Translations under genes and position numbers: made by a program
Part shown: in pieces, positions 52,600-64,000 of the stretch
Layout of the letters: each line of letters opens with the position of its first letter
How positions within the stretch are numbered: position 1 is the first letter of the stretch
Notes under the pieces: model-generated
Told to the model about the DNA's origin: nothing
The model's database searches: none
The model's input: only the letters and a program-made list of their open reading frames with translations
Origin: Eledone cirrhosa
Lineage: Eukaryota
Length of the DNA: 64,000 nt
Assembly (NCBI GenBank): GCA_964016885.1
Contig: OZ024740.1
Location: forward strand, 356,996,001-357,060,000
Direction of reading: 5' to 3'

Positions 52600-53025
52600 A
52601 TTCATTGATATTGTTGTTTAGGATGCAGATTAAAAGCATACTCTGTTGTATAAACCAGCTTCCCACTCCTTGTCGGTGTAGTAAGAAAGATACAAAAGCA
52701 GGAAAACTACGGTCATTTGATGAGGAATTTGCAGGTCCAGTACCCAAAATACAGTTGCATAAGTACTATTTTTGAAGCCACAAGATATACATCATCCTGC
52801 CAGGATCAAAGTAAGACTAAACTTGGATTCTTAGAGAAAGAGCGCAGTTACTTAATTCATAAGCTACATATGGTCACGATATCTGGAACCTTCAAAAGCT
52901 GTAAAACATACTTACAGTTCAAAGGATGAACCACTACACAACGGGCGACATAAATTTCCTTTTCTTTACAACCTTGATATCGGGAAAGTGACCGATTAAA
53001 AATAAACTTAAACTTAAGAAAGACA
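52600..53025 (+). mobile_element. old R4/Dong family A-like 3' fragment
   Basis: LMRNLQVQYPKY...GTFKSCKTYLQFKG*; related 3' UTR; followed by CATA repeats. Confidence 0.8.
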
Positions 53026-53592
53026 TGCATACATACATATATGTATGTATGTATTTGTTTATATCAGAATATGGCACATCTGTGCAATTTGGTAAAGAGA
53101 TCGCACATATTAGCAACAACAAAAAAAGCTCATCATCGTTGATGAAAACTAATGGTCATGAAAAAGCCGGGTTTCTGGTGTGTTGGTAAAAAGAACTCCA
53201 GTGAACTCCATGTTATTCTTCTGAACGTTTGATTACTTCTCCGCTAGGTTGGGGTGTGATCGCTAAGGCCGTCACTGGTCTCTAAAACGGTATCTGGGTT
53301 ACCTGTAAAAATTATATCTGAATAATGATGTCATACGGGACCGTCAACAAGAAAGAATGGCATTAGATGACATTGACCTCACCCCTACTTTTCATCGGTG
53401 TATCCCCAGTTTTAGAAAAATTCACAGTGATATGCTTATCCGAAACTCCACTTTAGAATTATTGTGAATTAGAGTGTCCACCCGGAATGTTCTGAAATGT
53501 CCAAGCACCAAAACTTGGCAACAGGTCTTATTTCATGCGGACCTGGTTGGTATGTTGCGACTTCCACGGTCTCACCTTTTCGCTACCATATT

Positions 53593-53786
53593 CAAACCTG
53601 TCAACTCTCCCCGTCAGACGGGAAAATCTTCCACCCACTTTAGGGTGGATGAGAGATGTCTTCTCTTGTCAAAATGGGTATAGCGTTCATTATGTAAAAT
53701 CTCCCCATTTTGCCTCATTTCTCCCTGTTTGGGGCCTTTTTTCTCATGGTACTCCCCGTTTGGGTTTTTAGATGTTGGCAGGTCTG
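53593..53786. mobile_element. 194-bp MITE (hAT-like TIRs)
   Basis: CAAACCTGTCAAC ... GTTGGCAGGTCTG; flanked by CATATT on both sides. Confidence 0.65.
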
Positions 53787-54532
53787 CATATTTCCAATGA
53801 AATACGCAACATATGATTTCCAAATAGTTTTGAAAATAATATATAATTTGCATTCCTCTTAAATATAAACGCTTTGAAATAAACAGATGTGGTTTCAAGC
53901 AATCTGTTATCAAAAGGGCTATCAGCGACGCCTGGCCTTTGGGTGCTTTCAGTACAGTCCACTCTGTTGCAAGCATTCATGCCGGGTCACTGGTTTAAGG
54001 ACATCACTTTACTTTCGTGCTAGCAGTCTTGATGACGCCTGAAAGGGTCATGAACACATACTCCTCTCCTGACTAAGCGATTAAAAAATATCTCTAAGCA
54101 AGAAATAATTCCAAATCATTATTATTAAAAGTGTAATTGTTTTAAACAGTTCACACTTCCCACTTAAAATGTTTTCTTTGTATTCTGGTTGAAGAAAGTC
54201 TGGCGTTTTGTTGTTGCTGTTTCTTTTTTTTTTTTTGTTTCTTTTTAAATATATCTTTTGTTGCTTTAGCTCATATGAGTTCCAACTCTAATTAGTGAAA
54301 TGGATAGAACAGACAGAGTTCTTTGACAGGAACGTCACATATGCGAATCCAAACACTTCGTCTTCTATAATTCGCCGTCGAAAATAATTTTTTTAGTACT
54401 AAATTCTCGTGAATATTAATCACAAGGCGAGAAGCCTCGGATGATTGAAAAAAATCCCTCTTTATTTTAAAGATTTAAAATGCTAATCATCAATTTCTTT
54501 GATTTTTTTTTATTTGATTTTTTTTTTCCAAT

Positions 54533-55360
54533 TATAATTGTTTCTACTTCCAGCACAAGGCCAGCAATTATCCAGTACATTACTGTTACTTTATTTTATC
54601 GACCCCGTAAGGATGAAAGACAAAGTTAACCTCGGCGGGATTTGAACTCGGACCGATACTGCCAATCCACAATTATGCTTCGTTTTTTTAATCAAATTTC
54701 ATTATGAATATTCATATAATAATAAACAAACGATGCAGGGGAAATAACTCTTATATTCTTTAACGGTCTGTTATAATCTATTTTAAGAAAGGTAATTAAG
54801 AGCTGAATATAAATCTAATTCAATATACCTCTTTACCATGGAAATGGAGTTATGCCAATGAAAGAAATCTATTATTTAATAAAGATATATTAGATATTTT
54901 CATTATTACATTTCTCGGTGGATTGGCAGTTTCAAGCAGAACGTCAGACATGATTTGCAGTTAATTACGGCCCTTAACGTTCTGAGTTTAAATCCCGCCG
55001 CAGTTAGCTTTGCCTTTCATTCTTACGGGGTCAATAAAATAAAAACATAAGTAACGCACAGGGGTCGATTTAGTACACTTTTCCCCCTCCCCTTCAAAAT
55101 GTTGCCCTTGTGTCAAAAGTAAAAAACAATTATTATATTTCTCATGAAATACACTGCATTTGAATTAATTAATGAATAATTTGGAGTAGATTACATAAAT
55201 TATTAAGGCGGCGAATTGGCAGCCATTAGAACGTCAGATAGAATGCTTTGTAGTATTCGTTCCGGCTCTCTGCTCTCTCAGTTCAAATCCTACTGAGGTC
55301 AACTTTGCCTTTCATTTAATCGAAGTCGATAAAAAAAAGTACCAGCCCAATACTAGGGTC
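54533..55360. mobile_element. three SINE copies (54533-54670 -, 54918-55135 +, 55206-55360 +)
   Basis: family match. Confidence 0.8.
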
Positions 55361-55419
55361 AATTCTTCCTTTCTCTCTCTCTCACACACGCACACACACA
55401 CACACACACACAATTGGCT

Positions 55420-55810
55420 CAATTGTGTTAGATCAGTTTTTATCACCTCATCCCAAGCTTTCCTAGATCTTCCTCAACCATAGCTACCATCAACTTTTAG
55501 TACCCTGCACCTTTTTACAGAGCTATCATCCTTCATATGCATCACTTATCCATACCACCACAATCTCTTCTCTTGTACACTGTATTTGATCCCTCTCATG
55601 CCCAGTTTCTCTTTCAGTTCATTTACACTTTGCCAATCATGTATATTACTATTACACATCCATCAGACCATGCAAGCTTCATTTCTTTCCAATCTTTGTT
55701 GGTCCTCTGAACTCAGCGCCCAGTTCTCACTACTCTGCAGCTTTGCTGTTTGTATACATTAATCATACAATCTGCCCTTTGTTTTGAGGGGAAAACCTTT
55801 TATAGTTAGC
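55420..55810 (-). mobile_element. RTE LINE 3' remnant
   Basis: minus translation KGRLY...SENWAL....RLERNE..M..WMC...ELKEKLG...RL.W.G.VMHM...GRSRKAW. Confidence 0.78.
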
Positions 55811-56001
55811 AGTAGTAGTAGCTCCCTGAACTTATTCCATCCCGTAAGACCATATTATTCAGCAGGGTACTCAATACTTTGGATAGTTGAGTGTAAATAT
55901 AGTAGAAAGTCAACTGCTAGGCTCTTGCCATTTCTGCAGCAAATTCCTGGCAGGAATAGGTGTATATAGGTCACAGGCACCCGCACATAAACACACGCGC
56001 G

Positions 56002-56061
<60 letters not shown>

Positions 56062-56200
56062 AAAGTTAAACAAGGTTCAATGAATACATTAAAGAATGAG
56101 TTTTACAATAGACTAGAAGCACTCAACAAAAATGGTTTTCCAGAGTTATTAATATTAATTCAAAATATTAACAAAATAGATATTCTTGTGATCAATTATA

Positions 56201-56263
56201 TTTTATTATACATATTTCAGAGGTATTGAGTTAAGTTTAATTGTACGTCCTCATCAGATAAAA
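56201..56263 (-). ncRNA. type I hammerhead ribozyme, intact core
   Basis: TTTTAT-CTGATGA-GGAcGTA...TACcTCT-GAAA-TATGTA-TA-ATAAAA. Confidence 0.72.
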
Positions 56264-56965
56264 TAAGATGATGCATGACATACCCTGATATAGTAGATGG
56301 TTAAGATTCAGTCATGGTAGTGATTAACATATGACAAAACTCAATATTTATACCCTAATATTTTGGTAAAGATTACCTTCGTGAGGGTATAAAAGCATTA
56401 TATATTTTCTTTCTCGTGTTTCGTAAATCCTTTAAATTTGTTTTCATAAAATTTGAATTTTAAAAATTAAACATAATTATAATATTAATACAAATACCTA
56501 TTAACTTTTAAAACCTAAAATATTATTCATTACTCTGAAATAACTTAAATTAAATATTTTGAATATTAACGACCAACTATATTAATTTGGATATATATTG
56601 CATATATGGAAAATTGTATATAAACTTGAACATAAATTACACCCCTTTGTCTCTCTCTCTCTCTCTCTCTTTAATCATCTTTCATTTGTTTTTTTGAGCC
56701 ACCTATTAAATATATTATCACATCAGCTGTTTCTTCCTCTATGCTTTCCTTTCCCTCCTCTTTCTTCAGTATTTTTTTTTTAACTGTTATATTGATGCCA
56801 TGTATTTTTGTCAGCTGTATTACACGCACCCTCTCTATTGTTTGTATTATGTTATCTCATGTTCTCAATATTGGGGTATAAATATTGAGTTTTGTCATAT
56901 GTTAATCACTACCATGACTGAATCTTAACCAACTACTAAGTCAGGGTATGTCATATATCATTTTA

Positions 56966-57028
56966 TTTTATCTGATGAGGACGTACTGTTGAACTTAACT
57001 CAGTACCTCTGAAATATGTAAAATAAAA
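56966..57028 (+). ncRNA. hammerhead motif, inverted partner with mutated cleavage triplet
   Basis: TTTTAT-CTGATGA-GGAcGTACTG..CAGTACcTCT-GAAA-TATGTA-AA-ATAAAA. Confidence 0.62.
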
Positions 57029-57070
57029 TATAATTGATCACAAGAATATCTATTTTGTTAATATTTTGAA

Positions 57071-57122
<52 letters not shown>

Positions 57123-57591
57123 GTATATATATATATACATATATATATATGGGCCTTCCAATTTCATTTTAAATTAAATACATGTTTGTGTATATTTTAA
57201 TTATTTAAAAATTATTTATAAGTGAACATGACCCAATGGGCCACGGGTGGTCTAGTATATATATACAAATGTGAGGAATCAAAACATATCAAATAGATGT
57301 TTGTGCTTCTCAATAAACAATCTCAATAGACTTTGTCTAGAGCCACAATAATTCAAATGTAAAAGATATATATAGAGAGAGAGACAGCCAGAAAGGGCGA
57401 TATATCTTAGATAATACACAATATATTATATATATACAAAGCACATATTTCAATCTATCTAGAGTACACATTACTTTTTGAAATATGTGCTTTGTATATA
57501 TACAATATATTGTGTATTCTTTATTATATATGGTGCTTTCTCTCTCTACATATATACATATATCTTTTACATTTGAATTATATATATATAT

Positions 57592-57846
57592 GGAGGCACG
57601 TGGCCTAGTGGTAAGAGTGTTGGACTTACGATTTCTGGGTTGCGTGTTGTGTTCTTGAGCAAAACACTTCATTTCACTTTGCTCCAGTATACTCAGCTGG
57701 AAATGAGTACCAACAATAGCTGGAGGTTTAACCCTGCGATGGACTGGCGTCCTGTCCAGGGGGGAGTCTTGTACTCTCAGTCGCTTCACGCCATGAAACC
57801 GAGATAAGCACCGGCCAAATGAGCCTTCTGGCTTAAGACAGACTTT

Positions 57847-57852
<6 letters not shown>
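57592..57852 (+). mobile_element. second SINE family (tRNA head, CORE-like centre)
   Basis: TGGCCTAGTGG A-box; GTTCTTGAGCAAAACACTT..TTGCTCC..CAGCTG..AATGAGTACC; AACCCTGCGATGGACTGGCGTCCTGTCCAGGG. Confidence 0.78.
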
Positions 57853-57882
<30 letters not shown>

Positions 57883-57890
<8 letters not shown>

Positions 57891-58134
57891 TGTAATAAAC
57901 AACATAAGATAGTTATTTCATTTACCATTACCAAAGGTTTCACGAAGACAGACGAGCTTGGCACATACGTCTGAACGATAGACGGCAGACGTATGTGCCA
58001 AGCTCGTCTGTCTTCGTGAAACCTTTGGTAAATGAAATAATTATCTTATGTTGTTTATTACATAACTATAAAGCTCTGTAGCCTACATAGAGCATTCTTT
58101 TTTCCTGTACCTTTCCTACGGAAATACTTCAATT
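57883..58134. repeat. fold-back palindrome of a PLE-like terminus (family of 7186-7330)
   Basis: ~88-bp inverted arms around a 12-bp spacer; right arm has stem II-GAAA-CCTTTGG-TA-AATG. Confidence 0.88.
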
Positions 58135-58460
58135 ATATATATATGTATATATATATTTATTTATTTATTTATTTATTTATTAAAATAACAGATTAAAGTT
58201 TAAGCAAAGAATCGCTGCTTTCACATTTATTATTATTATTACTATATATAAACGTAAGTATGTATACGTACATACATATATGTATACAGACGTACAGTAG
58301 TATGTATATATATACATACATGTACACATATATATATGTACGTATGGGTTTACCGAACATTTATTATAATGTTCGGTTTGTTTGTAAACAAACAGCCCGA
58401 ATTAAGCCGTACAGTGTTCGGCAACCATCGTCGCACTTTTGTTCAACACTGACAACGGAA

Positions 58461-58501
58461 CGATGAACTAGTTTCAAGCTTATTAGCTATCGTCAGCATC
58501 G
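58461..58501 (-). ncRNA. minimal type I hammerhead ribozyme
   Basis: CGATG-CTGACGA-tAGCTaataAGCTt-GAAA-CTAG-TT-CATCG. Confidence 0.75.
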
Positions 58502-58889
58502 TATACCTTCCTGTCAGATGATTGAATATTTGAAAGTATATACTTTCCTTATGCATATTAACAGCTGGGCAGCCTAATTTGCATATAGAGTGAATTAGTC
58601 GGCTGGGCGTACCGAAAACGATAAATGGAAAAGAATGAAATGGAATTTCATTTCTCACTCTTAGTACGGCTGATACTTAAACGTAAGTATGTATACGTAC
58701 ATACATATATGTATACAAATGTAAAGTAGTATGTATATATATACATACATGCACACATATATATATGTACGTATGGGTTTACTGAACATTTATTATAATG
58801 TTCGGTTTCTTTGTAAACAAACAGCCCGAATTAAGCCGTACAATGTTCGGAAACCATTGTCGCCCTTTTGTTCAACACTGACAAAGGAA

Positions 58890-58930
58890 CGATCAACTAG
58901 TTTCAAGCTTATTAGCTATCGTCAACATCG
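58890..58930 (-). ncRNA. second-unit hammerhead (C3U, stem I mismatch)
   Basis: CGATG-TTGACGA-tAGCTaataAGCTt-GAAA-CTAG-TT-GATCG. Confidence 0.6.
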
Positions 58931-59379
58931 TATACCTTCCTGTCAGATGATTGAACGTTTGAAAGTATATACTTTCCTTATGCATATTAATTAATACTTT
59001 CCTTATGCATATTAACGGCTAAGCAGCTTAATTTGCATATAGAGTGAGTTAGTCGGTCAGGCGTACCGAAAACGATAACGATACTTAAACGTAAGTATGT
59101 ACACGTATACATACTTACGTTTAAGTATCAGCCGTACTAAGAGTGAGAAATGAAATTCCATGTCATTCTTTTCTATATATATATTATCATCATCATCATC
59201 ATTTCATTTTACGTCCGCTTTTCCCTGCTTGCAAGGGAGGGACGGGAACTGATTTTGGCTTGGTTTCTACAGCTGGATGACCTTCCTAACACCAACCTCA
59301 TTTACAGTGAGCGCTGGGTGCTTTTTTGCCGTGGCACCTGCACGACCACTTTGCAGAGGAATGATAGGGACCCCAGTCC

Positions 59380-59513
59380 CTATCATCTCATTTCTACAGC
59401 TGAGTAAACTGAGCAATGTGAAATAAAGGAAACAACACAACACCCGGTCTGAGAATTGAACTCACAACCCTTCGATTGCGAGGCCAATGCTCTAACCACT
59501 AAGCCATGTGCCA
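59380..59513 (-). mobile_element. tRNA/CORE-like SINE fragment
   Basis: minus TGGCTTAGTGGTTAGAGC..GTGAGTTCAATTCTC..TTGCTC..CAGCTGTAGAAATGAG. Confidence 0.7.
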
Positions 59514-59623
59514 ACCATATATATAATATAGAAGAGCTTCTCTTCTATATTAAACATGTATACTCTGCTATGTATTGAGTACCTTACTTACTGTGGTTAC
59601 CCCCGATCGAACCCGGAATAACT

Positions 59624-59660
<37 letters not shown>

Positions 59661-59692
59661 ATACACACATATATATATATATATGTATGCAC

Positions 59693-59724
<32 letters not shown>

Positions 59725-59798
59725 ATGTGTACATACATACATACATACATACATACATACATACATACATACATACATACATACATACATACATACAT

Positions 59799-60393
59799 GG
59801 TGGCTGCCAACTCGTTTTCGAGTACGGCCACTACTTTATATCCATGTAGGAGAACCCCTACCGATGCGCTGAACGAATGTAACTTTAGTCCAGCCAGCGA
59901 CTTGAAAACTCTGGTACAAACACTACACCTGTGACAATTATTGACACATAGTGCTAGGCCCATGGTACCATGTGACGACAAGTGCAGAGAGATCTCCAGA
60001 TACAAAGCAATGCCTGTGCCGTGAAGCTTTTATAGTGAGCAAAGGCACAGCACAAAGCCAGTCCCACTCTCTTAACCAAGATGATATTTACCAAAAAGAA
60101 GAACAAGTCAACATCATTGGATACCATCAGAGTTGCAGGTGTTATATCAGAGTTTTCCTTCTCCTAGAATTCTGCCTTGACAAAGGCTAAGAGGTCATCT
60201 CTCCCAGTGATTTTGGATGGCCATTGACTCTTAAGAGCTCCTTTGCCCTTTGACAGAGTCCTGCAGGATGTCCAAAGTCACCCTCCTCACCAAGAAATCT
60301 TGGCGGGGTTGCCAGTTTAGTCGCCAACGACCCGACCATGAGGCAGGTTGTACTGGGATACATGTTACCAGTAGCACCAACTGATGACCTGAC
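59799..60393 (-). mobile_element. RTE-derived retroposon, copy 6 (full)
   Basis: sequence identity; (ATAC)n on both sides. Confidence 0.88.
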
Positions 60394-60433
60394 ATACATA
60401 CATACATACATACATACATACATACATACATAC

Positions 60434-61986
60434 AAATAAGGAGAGAACCAGAACTGAATACCTCAGAAGAGTAAAGAAAATATGGTCATCAGAACTGTCA
60501 ACGTACAACAAATGCATTGCCCACAATACTTATGCTGTGCCAATTCTAACGCCAACATTTGGCCTGCTGAACTGGTCATTGCAAGAACTAAGTGAGATGG
60601 ATGTTAGAACTCGCAAACTTCTCAGTGTTACTGGGAACTTTAACATCAATGGTGATGTGGATAGGCTATACTTCTCACGCAAGGAAGGTGGCCGGGGTCT
60701 AAAATCAATATTAACAACATATGAGACCCGGATAGTAACACTGAAGCAATACCTTCAACAGAGGGAAAAGGTTGGCAACCATCTTGCCCAGGTTTATGAG
60801 CATGAAAAAAATAATATCATTAGAATAGCGACTGATCTGGAGGAGAGATATGGAATAAAGCCTGATATAAATCTCTCACCCAGAGAAATCGGAACTCCCA
60901 AGGGATTAGTTTGCCAAGCGTAAACAAGTCAGAAAGGTGGATATATCCTCTTACCTATTTTCTGTCAGGCGTAAACACCTCTGACCTGTGTTTGGCCTCT
61001 CCCAAGGGGTTAGTCTCTTGAGCGTAAACAAGTTACCACGGCTTGTCCCAGAGGCGGGAAAGCTCAGATTCGGTTTCGAATCTTCGCCACCGTTATATAT
61101 TCAATGTTCAAACAAGATAAAAAAATTGACCAATTTACAGAAAAAGTTGTGCATGGATACTTGAGACGTAAAACACAGACCATAGAGGGGATAAACCACT
61201 CAAATAGCCTGGCATGGAGTTCCGACAAGTTTATGACATCACACCTTGAGGGATATCTCTATGCAATACAGGAACAAGAACTCCCTACCAAATATCTGCT
61301 GCACAAAAGAGGAGGGCCAGCAACTGACAATAAATGTAGGCTATGTAAAACAAAGATCGAGGATGTAAGCCACATTGTTGCCAGCTGCGAAAGAATGTCA
61401 TCTCGCTACTACCTCCCCATGAGACACGATGGGATAGCTAGAACCATCTGGAACGCACTTCGGAAAACAAAATTAACAACAAACGAGGAAGAATATATTG
61501 AGACAGATGGCACTAAGGAATACTGGTGGAACCTGAAAATAAAAACTGCCACCAAATTAAAGCACAACCGGCCTGATATTGTTGTTTGGGACCACACATT
61601 GAAAACGTGTTCTGTTGTGGAGATCAGCTGCCCACTTGATGTAAACGTTGTCAGAAAAATACAGGAGAAGGAGGACATCTACGGACCATTGATGAGGAGT
61701 TTACAAATCCAGTATCCAAGATACACCTTTAGCTTCATACCCATCATTATTGGAGCTACGGGTTATATACCAACCCGCTTGGACCAAAGTATGACTGAAC
61801 TTGGATTTGCAGACAAAAAGCGCAGCTCCCTAATTCCTAGTCTTTAAATGGCTGCGATAGCTGGCACCTTCAAAATTTGCAAAACATTCTTGCAATTCAA
61901 GGGATGACAATTTCTTTTCTTTTACAACCTTGCCACCAGGAAGGTGGCCGGTCAAAAAAAATATACTCGAAATTAAGAGAAAGAGA
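60434..61986 (+). mobile_element. 5'-truncated R4/Dong family A copy
   Basis: highly similar to 22808-24164; 203-bp insertion at 60895-61097; frameshift near 61840; (ATAC)n on both sides. Confidence 0.93.
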
Positions 61987-62077
61987 TATACATACATACA
62001 TACATACATACATACATACATACATACATACATACATACATACATACATACATACATACATACATACATACATACAT

Positions 62078-62149
62078 GATGGCTGCCCCCTCGTTATCGA
62101 GTATGGCCATTGCACGAGGAGAAAAAAAATTAATAAATAAAAAAGAAAA
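62078..62149 (-). mobile_element. tiny RTE-type 3'-end fragment within (ATAC)n
   Basis: reverse complement of ~700-798. Confidence 0.7.
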
Positions 62150-63714
62150 TACATACATACATACATACATCATCATCATATATACATACACATCATAACC
62201 CTAACTTAGGGTGTATGAAGTTAAAGCAGTGATCTTTTTTAATTTATCACCGTGTAACCCGGTCTTGCACACGACGGAAGTCGAATTGTGTCATGTGACT
62301 CAAACAAATCCTCAAATAAATCTTCGCTAAGCAGTGCCACGTTTTGAAGAGTGTTATGCATTTCGAAATTCCGAGTGGAATGTACTATATATATTCTTTG
62401 TACAGTTGACCAAAATGAAAACTATCTGCAAATTTATCCAGCGTCAAACATACACCATCCTCTCTTATAAATATGGAACAACATTGCTGTGTTTCGGTAT
62501 CATCTTTGTTGTCATATCTGCTTTCCATTTCGGAGAAGTAAGTTGTTTAACATTATTTATAGTTACATTAATTTGTAAATATTATACTTGAATTAATAGC
62601 AGCATCATTTCGCCTGGGTGGGCAACGAACGAAATCTGCACTCGTCCTTTTACATTAAGTGGTATATTTTATTAAAAACGTTTATATGGAACGTTACTCT
62701 CGTCAAACTGCTGATTATTCAATTGTCTAGAAGATGGGTGTGTATGTTGACTCTCAGCGCCGGTTAGAGGTTGGATGTCAGGCGTAGTATTTACCATTGG
62801 TCAGTCACGATTTAAAAACAAAAATACTGAATTACTGAAAACGCAATTCTTTATTCTTAGTGATAGTTATAATTGTGTATAAGTACATATAACAGCGAGT
62901 TGTTTAATATACAAATCAATGAAAACGGGTTGCCGCATTTAGTGTGGTTTTCTGACACTTCATGATGTAGTAACATTTTGACTTTGTTTTGCAGGATTTT
63001 TAATGAGAAATCGTGTGTAAATTTAAGATACTGTAATATCTTTTCTTTTATTATAAAACTGGCCTGTCTCGGCTATCCACGCCGGTGGTTGTTCGGAGAC
63101 AGGCCCATGATTACTGTTGTGTGTACTAATATACACAAAAAGCTGATGATTGTGCCTGGGAGTCGCTCACACACACACACGTGTGTGTGAATGTGTTTTG
63201 ACAATGCATCTCATTTCGGACATATTTCCTTAATTATTCAATAGTCTAATTACCTTTCCATTTATTTTAAACATATCTCTCGAGTTTTATTTATTCGACA
63301 AATTTCAATTCCATTATATAATGTTTGCAATAACAAAAAGAAAAAGAAAGAGGGAAAAAAATTAAATAACGAAAGTAAGTAAAAGGTTTAGGGGAAGGAA
63401 GGGAGAAAGGCAATGTTTAAATAAAAGAAGAGGGGAAAAACTGTGGAAACTTAACAAGGAATACCAAACAGTACTAAAGAACAAAAACATATAGTTTAAC
63501 ACAGTGAAGAGGGGAACTTCGCAGTCAGCGGCCCGACTCCCCTAAACGTCTCGAAAGCCACAGGCTGAAAAAGGTAGCAGGCCGACAGATCAGAGGATTT
63601 GAGGGTTTACTCCGCTCGGCTGCGGAAGCTGTGGCTCTCGTCCTAACCGCAACATCCAGGGTGTGGGAGAGAACAAAAGAATCACTAACAGAGACGTTCC
63701 ATTCTATGATTCAT

Positions 63715-63978
63715 TTATACATGCATATATTTATAGATACCCGTATATATATCTATATATATATATGTGTGTGTACCTGTATATATGTATGTGTATATAT
63801 GTGTGTGCGTATATATGTGTGTGCGTATATATGTGTGTATGCATATGTATTTGGGTGTGTGTATGTATATATATGTGTGTGTGCATATATGTATGTGATT
63901 TTATGTGTATATGTGCATAATTGCATGCGTGTATGTATATATTTGTGTGCATGTATATATGAATGTGCGTATGTATAT
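63715..63978. repeat. degenerate (TA/TG)n simple repeat
   Basis: direct reading. Confidence 0.9.
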
Positions 63979-64000
63979 TTCTTGCCCTAGCACAGCTGAT

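Larger units (their letters stand above)
56148..57079. mobile_element. PLE-like remnant with ~205-bp inverted repeats
   Basis: arms 56148-56355 / 56875-57079; adjacent peptide EFYNRLEALNKNGFP resembles the PLE thumb NGYP motif. Confidence 0.8.
58251..59162 (-). repeat. 429-bp tandem duplication with terminal inversion, one hammerhead per unit
   Basis: units start 58251 and 58680, third start ~59088; 59111-59160 is the reverse complement of ~58640-58690. Confidence 0.9.

Noticed and set aside
58514-58548. plus-strand CAGATGA..GAAA-GTATATAC-TT, which would make the 429-bp unit an ambisense double-ribozyme RNA
   Set aside because: No stem I pairing and poor stem II

Overview
AT-rich, microsatellite-dense animal DNA; the SINE and simple-repeat content suggests a cephalopod such as Octopus (inference). 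I found no convincing host-gene exon, and the window is almost all mobile DNA. It contains a complete but decayed hAT/Buster transposon with TIRs and an 8-bp TSD (3364-6843), a full-length Ty3/Gypsy (Mag-like) LTR element (14478-19452, minus), and an apparently intact 1169-aa R4/Dong-type RT+RLE non-LTR ORF (20575-24084) plus truncated relatives associated with (ATAC)n tracts. Also present are a decayed CRE-like RLE element with a PHD-like finger, six copies of a ~600-bp RTE-derived non-autonomous element also in (ATAC)n/(ATGT)n, many tRNA-type SINEs, Helitron-like elements and a MITE. The most striking unannotated layer is more than a dozen sequence-diverse type I hammerhead ribozyme motifs, read and folded by eye. 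They lie in short (TA)n-embedded, often fold-back, Penelope-like remnants and include a 429-bp tandem retrozyme-like unit and a family carrying a recurrent non-canonical CAGAAGA core.
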